Part shown: positions 16,901 to 25,274 of the stretch, one piece after another
Layout: every line of letters begins with the position of its first letter
Position numbering within the stretch: position 1 is the first letter of the stretch
From: a virus
Lineage: Duplodnaviria; Caudoviricetes
IMG/VR virus record: IMGVR_UViG_3300044796_000401
DNA length: 64,000 nucleotides
Strand: one strand, 5' to 3'
The notes under the pieces: model-generated
The model's database searches: none
What the model saw: only the letters and a program-made list of their open reading frames with translations
Told to the model about the DNA's origin: nothing
Program-made: the position numbers and the translations under genes

Positions 16901-18091
16901 GGGGGTCAAGTTGGTCCCGTGGATAAGCTGCTTGGCGATTTTTGCGGAAGCCGTGCGTCCCGACGCCGGTTCGGGTTGCTCTTCGGCCGCGAGATTCAGC
17001 GATGCCAGCGACGCCTTGACCTTCGGCCGACGGCGGCGGAGCTTCTCCCTCTCGTGGTGGATGTTGTCGATCAGCTTCACGAAGATGTCGTCTTCGCCCA
17101 GGGTGCGGCGGTTCTCCTGGATGTACTGCTCAAGCAGCTTCGCGAGGCGGCCGATGTATTCGTAGAGCGAGGCGTTGCTCAATCGCGTTCTTTCCTTCCA
17201 CAGCGGTTCGAGGTGGCGGCGCGCTGGCATGTAGCCGGGGCGTCCCGTCCCCTCGTTCGGCGACTCCGTGGACTCGGACACCCACTCCCAGTAGATGTCG
17301 AACAGGGTGATGAACCACTTGGCGGACGTTTCGCTCTGGTGCTTCTTCAGCCACCCGTAGAAGCCGTCGCGGAATTCGCGGATGTCGTGCTCCGACTGGC
17401 GGATATCTCTCGGGATACCGTCGTAGAGTTTCGGCTGGGTAGCATGCTCTTTGGTGTCGAGGATGTTTAACTCCTCGCCCTCATCCCCCAGCTGCCACAT
17501 GCTGATCTCCTTCGGCTGCCGCTCGTTGATCCAGCCACGGATCATTTTTTTGCCCCAACTGAAAGTATCAATAAGGAACTGCGTAAGTTGCTGCGCCAGT
17601 TCCTTTTCCTTGTGTGGAAAACTCTCCTTGTTGCGCACGCCCTCGAATTGCTCCAGCACGCGGCGTTGTCCCAAATACGTGAATAGCATCTCATGAATGA
17701 GTTCGTCCTTCTCCGACGGATCAATGTTCCCTGGGAGTTTTTGCGCTACTTGCTTCTCTAAGAAACCCGCCCAATCATAGGGCTTGCCATCGGTTCCAAC
17801 CGGATAGGGGAGTTGTTGCTTGGAATGTTGCTGGTTAAATTGGTCTATGTATCCGAGGATATAGAGGTTGAAGTCCTTGTTGTAGGCGAGGTGGAATCTG
17901 ATCAGGCTTGCGAACTGGGCAAAGGCGGGGCTTACCGGAACTACCTCGGAGACCGGTCGGCCTTGCATGTCGGCGAAGCGAACGACAGTGCCATCGGAAT
18001 CGGCGACTTTGGATGCGACTCTGTAATGAACGCCGCTGATGTCGGTGACGACTTGCCCCGGCTCGTAGGAACTAAGCTTGTTGTTGGGCAT
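13928..18091 (-). CDS. Giant multidomain K-x-A-linked polyprotein (sigma-like domain, zinc fingers, small phage domains)
   Basis: About 1390 aa from MPNNKL (track start 18190). Mosaic of short unrelated domains bounded by RTAS/KIAK, KTAE, KKAG, KEAG, RKTGA and KTAA linkers. Confidence 0.75.
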   Translation of the reverse strand: MPNNKLSSYEPGQVVTDISGVHYRVASKVADSDGTVVRFADMQGRPVSEVVPVSPAFAQFASLIRFHLAYNKDFNLYILGYIDQFNQQHSKQQLPYPVGTDGKPYDWAGFLEKQVAQKLPGNIDPSEKDELIHEMLFTYLGQRRVLEQFEGVRNKESFPHKEKELAQQLTQFLIDTFSWGKKMIRGWINERQPKEISMWQLGDEGEELNILDTKEHATQPKLYDGIPRDIRQSEHDIREFRDGFYGWLKKHQSETSAKWFITLFDIYWEWVSESTESPNEGTGRPGYMPARRHLEPLWKERTRLSNASLYEYIGRLAKLLEQYIQENRRTLGEDDIFVKLIDNIHHEREKLRRRRPKVKASLASLNLAAEEQPEPASGRTASAKIAKQLIHGTNLTPEMLRQVKDAFVHRWTSDNPRRTSIYHCDKCDINRPYVNTESSEGHDHPTIPLQTDADWLGDKAFYFTNAGRLLPGHFEPGILANPVLAPGARSLTGSEDDDAPEEPPEGKLKCETCGKIGDTKVCNGCRERYTKTAEFGENVLPPNEAAMCSACGYEEAVPGKEYCQYCLADVEHLVCPRCLECTQCNLRPCKNGGPHMEGVERSEAWRMNKGMARAGKLGAAQAEKAMTLNEAKKQQLDVTFLRDAEEAEGYAKSLTAAGREVVAIWNETLPGATEEHWMLACRPAKCVLGPLGLDTRKEGSEDADYESLHPGREEEEREAQREEFDRMRDYMDSLGWKGRNPWYPERYPLFAMRLYSDGWKASQKDMAANREPTVAEGTTLDEMKKYLSKYDLKKLRTIYAEPEEPKTEGYSEEDKDMLKSMGIKAKKAGLGLGNKELLEATANLLEARGDGMLTAQDWKILQDAFDYASGDEPIPSISIALANLLDTHRVQPPMVTSEQWEETAKAYEDITGNHIEWRKPDELSDEDWEKQYGEKEAGIGHDFYDGIRPQITPGDTGRLPHARKEGASTPDLEAQVRIEWSGMYDSRHLELDGWEGTWEWTDYGASNELNLGTQVGPCGSVEEAKQKLQDFVFGLGEPATYITYGDNEIVRKGDDPAKARKTGADGDFESTLLDLLEQAAHSLQEGTPDTGEGMNNPLAMEIEDLLNAKGRSMHGPEVASRLPKTAARPEDFVAAFHRWLEKGKRMLEGFVTDDKYLARSVQEIHVHLQKIDGVLEEIRKAEPDPAKRDWKPGEWANRNRVGAGPVTPQQMLVKNVQRSQGVQPEAQQPQPAVPAQPSQPAVAITPQSGRGEDAPMRKTILPELANPNFHMSSDEPVDYEEPPAELTQLVNTKLRGHRAVVPMSSGELDPGDAPSDDLWFAMCGQCGAVWSFTNGDLMMKEVGDGSCQVGLPENTTMKTSARLKSSDEDGIFADKKGFFESVRTKYR

Positions 18092-19058
18092 ATTTGAACC
18101 GCTTTCCTTGCTCGTTGCTGAGCCAGTATTTGATTCGCTCTTCCGCGATCTTACAATATTCGGCATCCTTTTCGACACCCACAACCTCATCCCATCCCGC
18201 CAAAAGCGCCCCTATCATCTCTGATGCCACTCCCGAAAAGGGCACAAGCAAGCGGCGAGGCTTTACGCTGTTGGGCGGCAAAAGCAAAGAAGCAAGCCAG
18301 CGATTGAGTTCTATGGGCTTGATCGTGGGGTGGTCGTTATTCCCGCTAAGTCCCGCATTTTTTTCACGGATGCTTGCTTTGGCCACGTAGAAAAATCGGG
18401 ATTTTTCGCCGAGCATTTCCCCGGTCTCTTCATCCAGCATCGCATTTGCGGGATAGCGACCTTCGGGTTTGATCACTTGCGGCGTGTCGCCATTGGATTT
18501 TGTCATTCCCCACTTCTGTCCCGAGCTATCCTCCGTTCTTCGGTTCCGATTTATTGTCCGTAGTTGGGACGCATCCATTTCCAAGTCGATGGCGATTCGT
18601 CCCGCATCCACGTTCAAGGCTCCGCTGCCGAATCGCAGGGCGCAGGCATCATAGGTCAATCCCTGCCGGGGGGCGCGGAACATCAGGACAGGTTCCCAAG
18701 CTGGTTTGAGGGAGGGCGTCTTCCAGCCGTCGAATCCCTCCGCCTTGATGCTCTTGGCTTTCGGGAATCCCTGTCCGTGGAGCCACATCAGGGTGTCGAT
18801 CATCTCGAAGCCCGCGTCTTCCATCCCCGCCGCCAACCGGTGCCATGTGCGGGTTCCGCCGAACATCAAGCAAAGTGCGCCGGGATACAGGTGCGGAAGC
18901 AACGCTTGTCCCCAGACTTTGTAGTCGGCGGACTTGTCCCAGTCCTTGCCCATAAAGTTCAAGTCATACGGGGGGTCGCTGAGCATGGCGTGGAACTTTC
19001 CGCCCATGTACGACGGTGACCACGCAACAAATTTGGAGTTGACTACTTGATAGGCCAC
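18072..19058 (-). CDS. N6-adenine/N4-cytosine DNA methyltransferase (beta class)
   Basis: SDPPYDLNFMGKDWD catalytic motif; HPTIKP, VPFSGVASE and GVEKD SAM-binding motifs. Confidence 0.9.
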   Translation of the reverse strand: MAYQVVNSKFVAWSPSYMGGKFHAMLSDPPYDLNFMGKDWDKSADYKVWGQALLPHLYPGALCLMFGGTRTWHRLAAGMEDAGFEMIDTLMWLHGQGFPKAKSIKAEGFDGWKTPSLKPAWEPVLMFRAPRQGLTYDACALRFGSGALNVDAGRIAIDLEMDASQLRTINRNRRTEDSSGQKWGMTKSNGDTPQVIKPEGRYPANAMLDEETGEMLGEKSRFFYVAKASIREKNAGLSGNNDHPTIKPIELNRWLASLLLPPNSVKPRRLLVPFSGVASEMIGALLAGWDEVVGVEKDAEYCKIAEERIKYWLSNEQGKRFKYAQQQA

Positions 19059-19063
19059 GCTAT

Positions 19064-19978
19064 TTACCCCGCATACTCGAATTGCCTTCCGAAAAACTTG
19101 TATCCTTTCCCGATTGAACGCGAAAGGTTTGATCCGTACCCACCGAATTTTTCAACCGCATGAAGCAGGGACGGAAACACTTCTCCAGTATCAATGCAGC
19201 GGACGGACTTGCCGGGTTTCGGGGAGATCGTCAATGCTCGTTGTACTCCGTCGCTTATGTTTTTTCGTTGCTGTTCAGAATGCTTCTTACCTAAATGATG
19301 CTTTGTATTCCGCATCTGCAATGCCCATATTTTCCGGCGTTCGGGAGTCCACCATTCCTTGTGGCTTTGGGTTTGTTTCGCACGATACACCGGGTCAGCC
19401 CAAAACTTTTTGGAATGTCCGGATTTCCACTGTTTCCAAGCTTCGGACGCTTTACGGCCTTTTCTACCCCGAAGAGCGAGGGAAATTTTGGATTTCCATG
19501 ACAAAGAAAGAGGAGGTCTTTTATTTCCTAGTTTGGAAAGACGAATATTTTCTTTCCTCTCGGCACTAAAGATTGCCTTCTTTCCCAACTCGGATAACAA
19601 AGCTCTTGTTTCCGGAGAAGCTTTCTTACCAAGATGCGCGTTTCGATTTTTTAGTTTAGAAGCTTCAGAATGTTTGAATCCGTACATGCCGTCGCCGCCC
19701 TCGGTCATGTTGTATCCCTTCTTGGGATCGTTGGATTGATGCAAGGCAATGTGGAGTTTTTCCTTTTCGGAAAGCTCCTCAACAGTTTTAGCTCGGTCAA
19801 TTATTTCAATTCGGAAAGCATCTGGCCCGTATTTGCGGATGGCTCTGTGAAAATAACACGGACTTCCCATCTTGGCGGAATACTTATGATTCCGCCAACG
19901 CTGATCAACAGTTGGATGACTCCACTTGCCGATATAGACCTTGCTGTTGACCGTATTTGTCACACGGTAAATCAGCAT
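19064..19978 (-). CDS. GIY-YIG homing endonuclease with NUMOD3 repeats and NUMOD1 tail
   Basis: LIYRVTNTVNSKVYIG, GYNMTEGGDG, HSEAS/HSEQ and CIDTGEVFPS motifs. Confidence 0.9.
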   Translation of the reverse strand: MLIYRVTNTVNSKVYIGKWSHPTVDQRWRNHKYSAKMGSPCYFHRAIRKYGPDAFRIEIIDRAKTVEELSEKEKLHIALHQSNDPKKGYNMTEGGDGMYGFKHSEASKLKNRNAHLGKKASPETRALLSELGKKAIFSAERKENIRLSKLGNKRPPLSLSWKSKISLALRGRKGRKASEAWKQWKSGHSKKFWADPVYRAKQTQSHKEWWTPERRKIWALQMRNTKHHLGKKHSEQQRKNISDGVQRALTISPKPGKSVRCIDTGEVFPSLLHAVEKFGGYGSNLSRSIGKGYKFFGRQFEYAG

Positions 19979-20024
19979 AACTTCCTCCAGAGATTCAAGG
20001 GCTAAAGTGTTGAAACTAAGGCAC

Positions 20025-20258
20025 TTAATCTTTCAAAGGGTCGTTAGGGTCATGATCAGTTGATCCGTCTTCGGCCAGCACGGACTTGAGTACCGAAAGA
20101 TACTCGCTGTGATCCGCGAAGGCTTGGGGGTCAAGCGTGCGCCCGGCCTCGCTCTCTTGCACCTTGTCGGCGATCTTGCGGCCAGCGAGGCGGGCGAACT
20201 CGACGCCGTAAAGCGAGTTCATTGCATCGTTGTCGATTTTTGCGATCTTCTTACTCAT
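20025..20258 (-). CDS. Small acidic protein with KIA motifs
   Basis: MSKKIAKID...GRKIADKV; AGGAG upstream of ATG 20258. Confidence 0.6.
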   Translation of the reverse strand: MSKKIAKIDNDAMNSLYGVEFARLAGRKIADKVQESEAGRTLDPQAFADHSEYLSVLKSVLAEDGSTDHDPNDPLKD

Positions 20259-20344
20259 TTTCTTGGTTCTCCTAGCTAGGGATAGGCTCAAAAGCGAGCC
20301 CTACAAGGGAAAACGGTAGCTGATTTTTCTTGGGTTTGCAGGAC

Positions 20345-21922
20345 TTAGGCCCCGTAAATGGAGTATTTTCCGATCAGGGCCGCTGGCGGCACCGTCGAAG
20401 TCATGGCATCCTTGAAGGGCGGGTCCGGGATGTGGTAGGTGGCTTGTATGACCCCCTGCAAGTCGAACGCGCTGTAGCTGAACATCAGGTACCTGTTGTT
20501 GACGGGATCGAACGAGAACGAGACGATGTCGAGCAGGTCGCCGTCCACGTAGATTTGCATGTCGCGCCGGGGATCGAACGCCCCGAGGGCGGAAGACGTA
20601 TACGGCCCAGCGAGGGGCGAACAGTACAGCGCCAGCCTGCCGGGAAACGGGGCGTTGGTCCACAAGCCGGAAAGCGGCGTCACCACTTGCACCACGCTAC
20701 CGCTGCTTGACGCAAAAAGCCCTTGGGGGACGTAAATTGCCACGATGGCACGGGTTCCGGTATTCAGGCTGCTCGTGGTGTACTGGACGCTTCCCGCCGT
20801 GAGCGGCAAGCCCATGATGATGGGGACTGGGGGACTGATCCCGTCCAAGATAGCAATCGTTCCCGTAGCGGGTATGGGAGGCGAAGTCCCCGCCACACTA
20901 ATCGTAAAAGTGACCGGATCGGTAAACACGGATGGGTTCGTACTGCTTGTGACCGTGGTCATGGTCGGCTGCATGTAAGTGTACCCGTTCACCAATGTGC
21001 CGAACTGCGAATCGGGATTCGCGACGACGATATTCACCGCGCCAATGGCGTGCGCCGGGGTCACGCAGGTCAACTGCGTGGGGTTCACGAACACCACGCT
21101 CGTCGCGGACACGCCGCCGAAAGTAACCGTGCAGCCGCTTGCGAAGTCCGTGCCGAACAGGTTCGTGATCGCGGTTCCCCCGGCAATCGGGCCGCTGTTT
21201 GGCGTGCAGCCCGCGACGATCGGGGCGGGCGCAATAACGTAGTTAACTATATGCGAGAACTCCCCGGCTATGATCCATGCATTGTCAGGATTGCCGACGC
21301 CCTGAATCGTGACGACAAGGGCTGCGTTGCCCGTCGCCCCGATGCAAGCCCACAAGCTGGTTTGCCCTCCAGCGTCGTAAGTTGGGTCCCTCTCGACGAC
21401 ATCGGCAAGGTTGACGTAGATATTATTAGCATTGTCCGTGACCGTAATGCCGGAAAAAGGCGGATAAGTGTGGACGCCGTCCCAGCCGTTGTTGGAAGTT
21501 ATGTTGACGACAATCGTGTTTCCTGTTGTGGTCGGAGCCGGGAAAGTAACCGTGGCATCCAGCGGGATGGCCGGAAAGTTTGGATATGCAGGCTGTGCGA
21601 GGGGGGTTGCTTGGATGAGCCCCGGAGCATTGCCGTCCGTCTTGAAAAGGGCCAGGGCAAGCGCCAGAGGAAGAGACCCCGCCGAGTCCATGTTGGCTGT
21701 ATAGGTGGCCGCGCCCGAAGGCACGGATTGGAATACGAAGATTCCGGCTCCCGATTGCGCTCCTATGGCTGTCCAACCGGCCACCGGAGTGTAGAATGAT
21801 GCGGAGGTGCCGCCCGAAACGATGGCGAACTCCGGGTAGCCCGAAGGCGTGGCGGAAATCGCGGGATTCAGCGGGGGAACCATGACCGCCAACGTTGCGA
21901 CTTTGTCCGCCGTGCTGCCCAT
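20345..21922 (-). CDS. Ig-fold virion protein (IPT/TIG and Big_3-like domains)
   Basis: PNSGPIAGGTAIT..GTDF..G.TVTFGG...V.VNPTQLTCVTPAH (IPT/TIG); TTVTSSTNPSVFTDPVTFT...TGT..ILDG (Big_3). Confidence 0.8.
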   Translation of the reverse strand: MGSTADKVATLAVMVPPLNPAISATPSGYPEFAIVSGGTSASFYTPVAGWTAIGAQSGAGIFVFQSVPSGAATYTANMDSAGSLPLALALALFKTDGNAPGLIQATPLAQPAYPNFPAIPLDATVTFPAPTTTGNTIVVNITSNNGWDGVHTYPPFSGITVTDNANNIYVNLADVVERDPTYDAGGQTSLWACIGATGNAALVVTIQGVGNPDNAWIIAGEFSHIVNYVIAPAPIVAGCTPNSGPIAGGTAITNLFGTDFASGCTVTFGGVSATSVVFVNPTQLTCVTPAHAIGAVNIVVANPDSQFGTLVNGYTYMQPTMTTVTSSTNPSVFTDPVTFTISVAGTSPPIPATGTIAILDGISPPVPIIMGLPLTAGSVQYTTSSLNTGTRAIVAIYVPQGLFASSSGSVVQVVTPLSGLWTNAPFPGRLALYCSPLAGPYTSSALGAFDPRRDMQIYVDGDLLDIVSFSFDPVNNRYLMFSYSAFDLQGVIQATYHIPDPPFKDAMTSTVPPAALIGKYSIYGA

Positions 21923-23496
21923 TACCTAGCTCCCCCGAACAAGGATTTCTGCCCCAGCCGCAGCCTGTGGACAGGGACTTCATGGATGCCCAGCTTGCCC
22001 CAGTCCACCTTCACAAAGGTCGTCTGCGGCGCTTTCTTGTCGGGCAGGATTTCCAGCACCTTGCCCCGAGCATCGGGATTCGCGTCGAACCACACGCTGT
22101 CCCCGACCCCGATGTCTTCGAGCTTGGCGGCGAACTGAAGGCGGCGCTGGGGCGAAATGCCGAGCAGGATGTTGGCGGTGACGGTGCTTTCGTGCCCCCC
22201 GTCCCAATGCACGGTGGCATAGTTCTTCCCGACCTTCTCCACGGTGCCTTTCAACTCCATGTCCGCGAGCCAGCGGACCCTCATGCCTTTCTTGGCGTCG
22301 CGATGCTCTATGGCGGTGCGGGCCTTGGCGAGCTTTCCCCTTTCCCGCCGCACCAAGTCCCGTATCGCCGACAGGTCCTCGTCTTCTTCCGGAGACAGGA
22401 TTTCCCCGGGCTCAAGGGAGGACTTTTTCCTCGTGACCCAGTTCTTGATCTTGTTCCAGACGTTGCGCAGCTTCTCCATGTACGCGGGCGACTTCTTGCC
22501 GGGCTCTTTTATCTGCTTCCAAAGCCTGCCCAGCATGTCGGACGCGGACTCTTCCTCCTCCGGCTCCTTTTCGGTCTCGTATGGAAGCCCGGTGTGGATG
22601 TGCGGCTCGCCCTCCTCGTGCCGCCTTTTCTCCTCCTGCTTCGTCAGGTCCTCGATGTCGATCTCTTTCTCCTCGGGCTCCGTGGCTGGCTCCTTTTCCG
22701 GGGCTTCCTCCGGGACCTCGAATTCCTCCGGCTCCGGCTCCAGCGCCGGTCCTTCCCGTTCGACCACATCTTCATCGACCTTGCCCGGTGCCTTGCTTTG
22801 GTCCGTTAGCTCCTGCTCGTGCAAGAGGCGGGCCTGCTCCCCGCCCTCCAGTTCCTTGAGCAGCTTGTCCCTGACCTTCTTGTCCTTGATCTTCCGGATT
22901 TTCTCCAGTTCGTACTTCCGGCGCATCTCGTCCTGCTTCTTCCTGAGGCGCTCCGGGGTCTTGCGTTCCTCGTCCTTGTGGCGCTGGATTTCCCGCTCGC
23001 GCAATATTTTCACGATGTTGTGCTGCACGGACGGCAGGATGCGCTCGAAGACCGAGTGGACGTGCTTGCAGATCACGTAGTTCGCCCGGAGGTCGAGGCG
23101 CTCGGTCGGGGCGACGAGCTTCGGGCGCGGCGTGCCGAGCAGCCCGTCCTGCTGGTGGAGGTTCCACTGCGCCCCCCAGTACAAAAATGCCGGGCACGAA
23201 CAACTGACCTGAACGTCGAGGTCCGCCGCCTTCTGGGACTCCTGCACCTTCGTCACGTCGAACTGGATGCGCACGTCGTGGCCGGCGGGGTCGCTGTCTT
23301 TCTTGTTGCATTTCACATTGTAGTGGAGGAACAGCGCCTTGGGATTTGAGTCCAGCAGCTTTGGCGTACAGCCGGGGCGATACTTGAGACTAAACGCATT
23401 TGTACTCCGGATAATTTCGGGTAGCGTAATGGCCGTTTTTACATGTGGGTGTTTGTCCGCCAAAACCACAGGAATTGTGATGAAAAAGCCGTCCAT
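21922..23496 (-). CDS. SWIM zinc-finger protein with acidic linker and two SH3/KOW-like C-terminal domains
   Basis: VSCSCPAFLYWG...ICKH (SWIM); GMRVRW..KGTV...VHWD and VGDSVWF..GKV...VDW (SH3-like). Confidence 0.7.
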   Translation of the reverse strand: MDGFFITIPVVLADKHPHVKTAITLPEIIRSTNAFSLKYRPGCTPKLLDSNPKALFLHYNVKCNKKDSDPAGHDVRIQFDVTKVQESQKAADLDVQVSCSCPAFLYWGAQWNLHQQDGLLGTPRPKLVAPTERLDLRANYVICKHVHSVFERILPSVQHNIVKILREREIQRHKDEERKTPERLRKKQDEMRRKYELEKIRKIKDKKVRDKLLKELEGGEQARLLHEQELTDQSKAPGKVDEDVVEREGPALEPEPEEFEVPEEAPEKEPATEPEEKEIDIEDLTKQEEKRRHEEGEPHIHTGLPYETEKEPEEEESASDMLGRLWKQIKEPGKKSPAYMEKLRNVWNKIKNWVTRKKSSLEPGEILSPEEDEDLSAIRDLVRRERGKLAKARTAIEHRDAKKGMRVRWLADMELKGTVEKVGKNYATVHWDGGHESTVTANILLGISPQRRLQFAAKLEDIGVGDSVWFDANPDARGKVLEILPDKKAPQTTFVKVDWGKLGIHEVPVHRLRLGQKSLFGGAR

Positions 23497-24233
23497 TAAG
23501 ACACCCGTCCCAGTTGCCAGCCCTGCTCTATATAGGCATTCAAAAGACTGGTGGGCACCATCATTGTCTCAGTTTCGCGATGAATCCACCTTTTTCCGTA
23601 GCTGGGGTTGCTTTCTCCTGATAAAGCCTTGCTCAAGTTTTGACAGTGAATCTCAGAGAACTCCAGCCCTTTATGCGCCTCGCTCAACTTGTGTCGATGC
23701 TCTTCTGAAAGTACCTTGCCTTGATGTGCATATCTGATTTTTTCGCGATGTTCTGCGGAAAGTTTCTTGCCTCGTTGGGCTTCCCCTATCTTACGTCGAG
23801 TCTCTTCACTACGTGGCTTGCCCCAATGGGGACTATTTGATCCTCGTTTCGAATCTCCGATGTGCCTGCAATGTTCCTCAGAAAGCTTTTTTCCAAGGCG
23901 AACTTCGCTCATTCTACGACGCGTTTCTTCAGTCACAAGAGACGCACCCTCACCGCCAAGCGTCATATTGTAGCCTTTTTCTGGTTCATGGGATTGGTGC
24001 GAAAGGATGAAATGAGTCTCCATTTTCGCCAATTCATCAACGTCCTTAGCGTGATAGATCACCTCTCGTGTGAACGCTTTGGGACCGTACTTACGAATGG
24101 CGCGGGCGAAATGGAATTGACCGCCTTGGTTAGCAGCGTTGCGATGCCATTTCCATCGTTTGGATAGCGAGGTCGTTGTCTTCCCGATATAGACTTTGCC
24201 GTTTATTTTGTTGGTGATCTTATAAATCAGCAC
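23496..24233 (-). CDS. GIY-YIG homing endonuclease with NUMOD3 repeats
   Basis: LIYKITNKINGKVYIGKT, GYNMTLGGEG and repeated SEEHR/SEETR motifs. Confidence 0.9.
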   Translation of the reverse strand: MLIYKITNKINGKVYIGKTTTSLSKRWKWHRNAANQGGQFHFARAIRKYGPKAFTREVIYHAKDVDELAKMETHFILSHQSHEPEKGYNMTLGGEGASLVTEETRRRMSEVRLGKKLSEEHCRHIGDSKRGSNSPHWGKPRSEETRRKIGEAQRGKKLSAEHREKIRYAHQGKVLSEEHRHKLSEAHKGLEFSEIHCQNLSKALSGESNPSYGKRWIHRETETMMVPTSLLNAYIEQGWQLGRVS

Positions 24234-24272
24234 ACCGAAGCCCCTACAATAAGGTTCGGTAGATAAATACTT

Positions 24273-24605
24273 TCAGAAGCTCCAAGGATTGGCGTTGCCT
24301 TCCCCGTAAAACACGATCTTGATTCGACTTAGGTCCCCGGCGTAGAGGCCCATCACGATGGCCCTGCGGATGACAGTCACCTTGCAGAATTTCCGGTACC
24401 CGGAAACCGTTCGGCTGCCCTTCACATTGTTGCAGCGGTTGCAGGCGGGAAGCAGATTATTATCGCGATTCTTCCCGCCGCGGGAGCGGGGAAGGGCATG
24501 GTCCACCGTGAGGTCGTCGGGATCGGGAAAATGCCCGCAGTACCAACAACGGCCGTCGCATTTGCTTGCGGTGTGAGCCCATTGGGTTTTCCGGGGAGTT
24601 CGCAT
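24273..24605 (-). CDS. HNH endonuclease (McrA-like)
   Basis: CWYCG..TVDHALPRSRGG..NLLPACNRCNNVKG motif. Confidence 0.9.
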   Translation of the reverse strand: MRTPRKTQWAHTASKCDGRCWYCGHFPDPDDLTVDHALPRSRGGKNRDNNLLPACNRCNNVKGSRTVSGYRKFCKVTVIRRAIVMGLYAGDLSRIKIVFYGEGNANPWSF

Positions 24606-24607
24606 GG

Positions 24608-24850
24608 CTATTGGCGTAGGTGGTAAACTTCGGGTTCGCCTTCAATCCGCACGATGTCCCCCGCACACAGAGCCTCTGCGCCGGGAACCTGTTCGCCGCC
24701 GGGATAAAGCAGGCGGTACGCTAGGCAACAGCACGAAATCGTGCCACGCCCGTGCTTGCCGAGGTTCATAACGGCATTGTGGGTGTCCAGCCAGCGATGG
24801 CACGTGTTGCAATGATCAACAACCCAAGGGATGCTTTTACAGGTCCGCAC
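24608..24850 (-). CDS. Hypothetical Cys-containing protein
   Basis: Fills the gap between coupled neighbours; no recognisable family. Confidence 0.45.
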   Translation of the reverse strand: MRTCKSIPWVVDHCNTCHRWLDTHNAVMNLGKHGRGTISCCCLAYRLLYPGGEQVPGAEALCAGDIVRIEGEPEVYHLRQ

Positions 24851-25256
24851 CCTTCTCCGGTTCCTTCTCGGCTTCCGGCCGGGGCTCCGGCTCCTTGGGT
24901 GCCGCCTTGGGCGGCTTCTTGGCTTCCTTGCGGGCTTCCTTTTCGGGCACGGCGTCCTTCTGCTTGAACTCCGGCACGGGGGCTGGAGTAGCCTTCCTTG
25001 GGGCTTCGGGGGCTCTGGGAGACGCCGGAACGGCGGCGGGGCGCTGGGAGACCAGCAATTCGGAGACGAAGCCCTGCTTGAGCAGCGCGGCCATGCCGAG
25101 GGCCGTCTGGGTAATTGCTTTGACGATCTCCCCGTTCCGATACACGGTCAGCTTGTTCCCGTTCGCCGTGTCGTGGACCAGTATGTCGCCGACGCGCACG
25201 AAGAACCCGAAATTTGCGAAATTGATGGAAGATTTGACTACAAAGGATTTTTGCAC
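24837..25256 (-). CDS. Hypothetical protein (globular N-terminus, Pro/Lys/Glu tail)
   Basis: GTG start after GGAAGG, downstream of a putative late-promoter motif. Confidence 0.65.
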   Translation of the reverse strand: MQKSFVVKSSINFANFGFFVRVGDILVHDTANGNKLTVYRNGEIVKAITQTALGMAALLKQGFVSELLVSQRPAAVPASPRAPEAPRKATPAPVPEFKQKDAVPEKEARKEAKKPPKAAPKEPEPRPEAEKEPEKGADL

Positions 25257-25274
25257 GCTCGGACCTTCCCCTAC

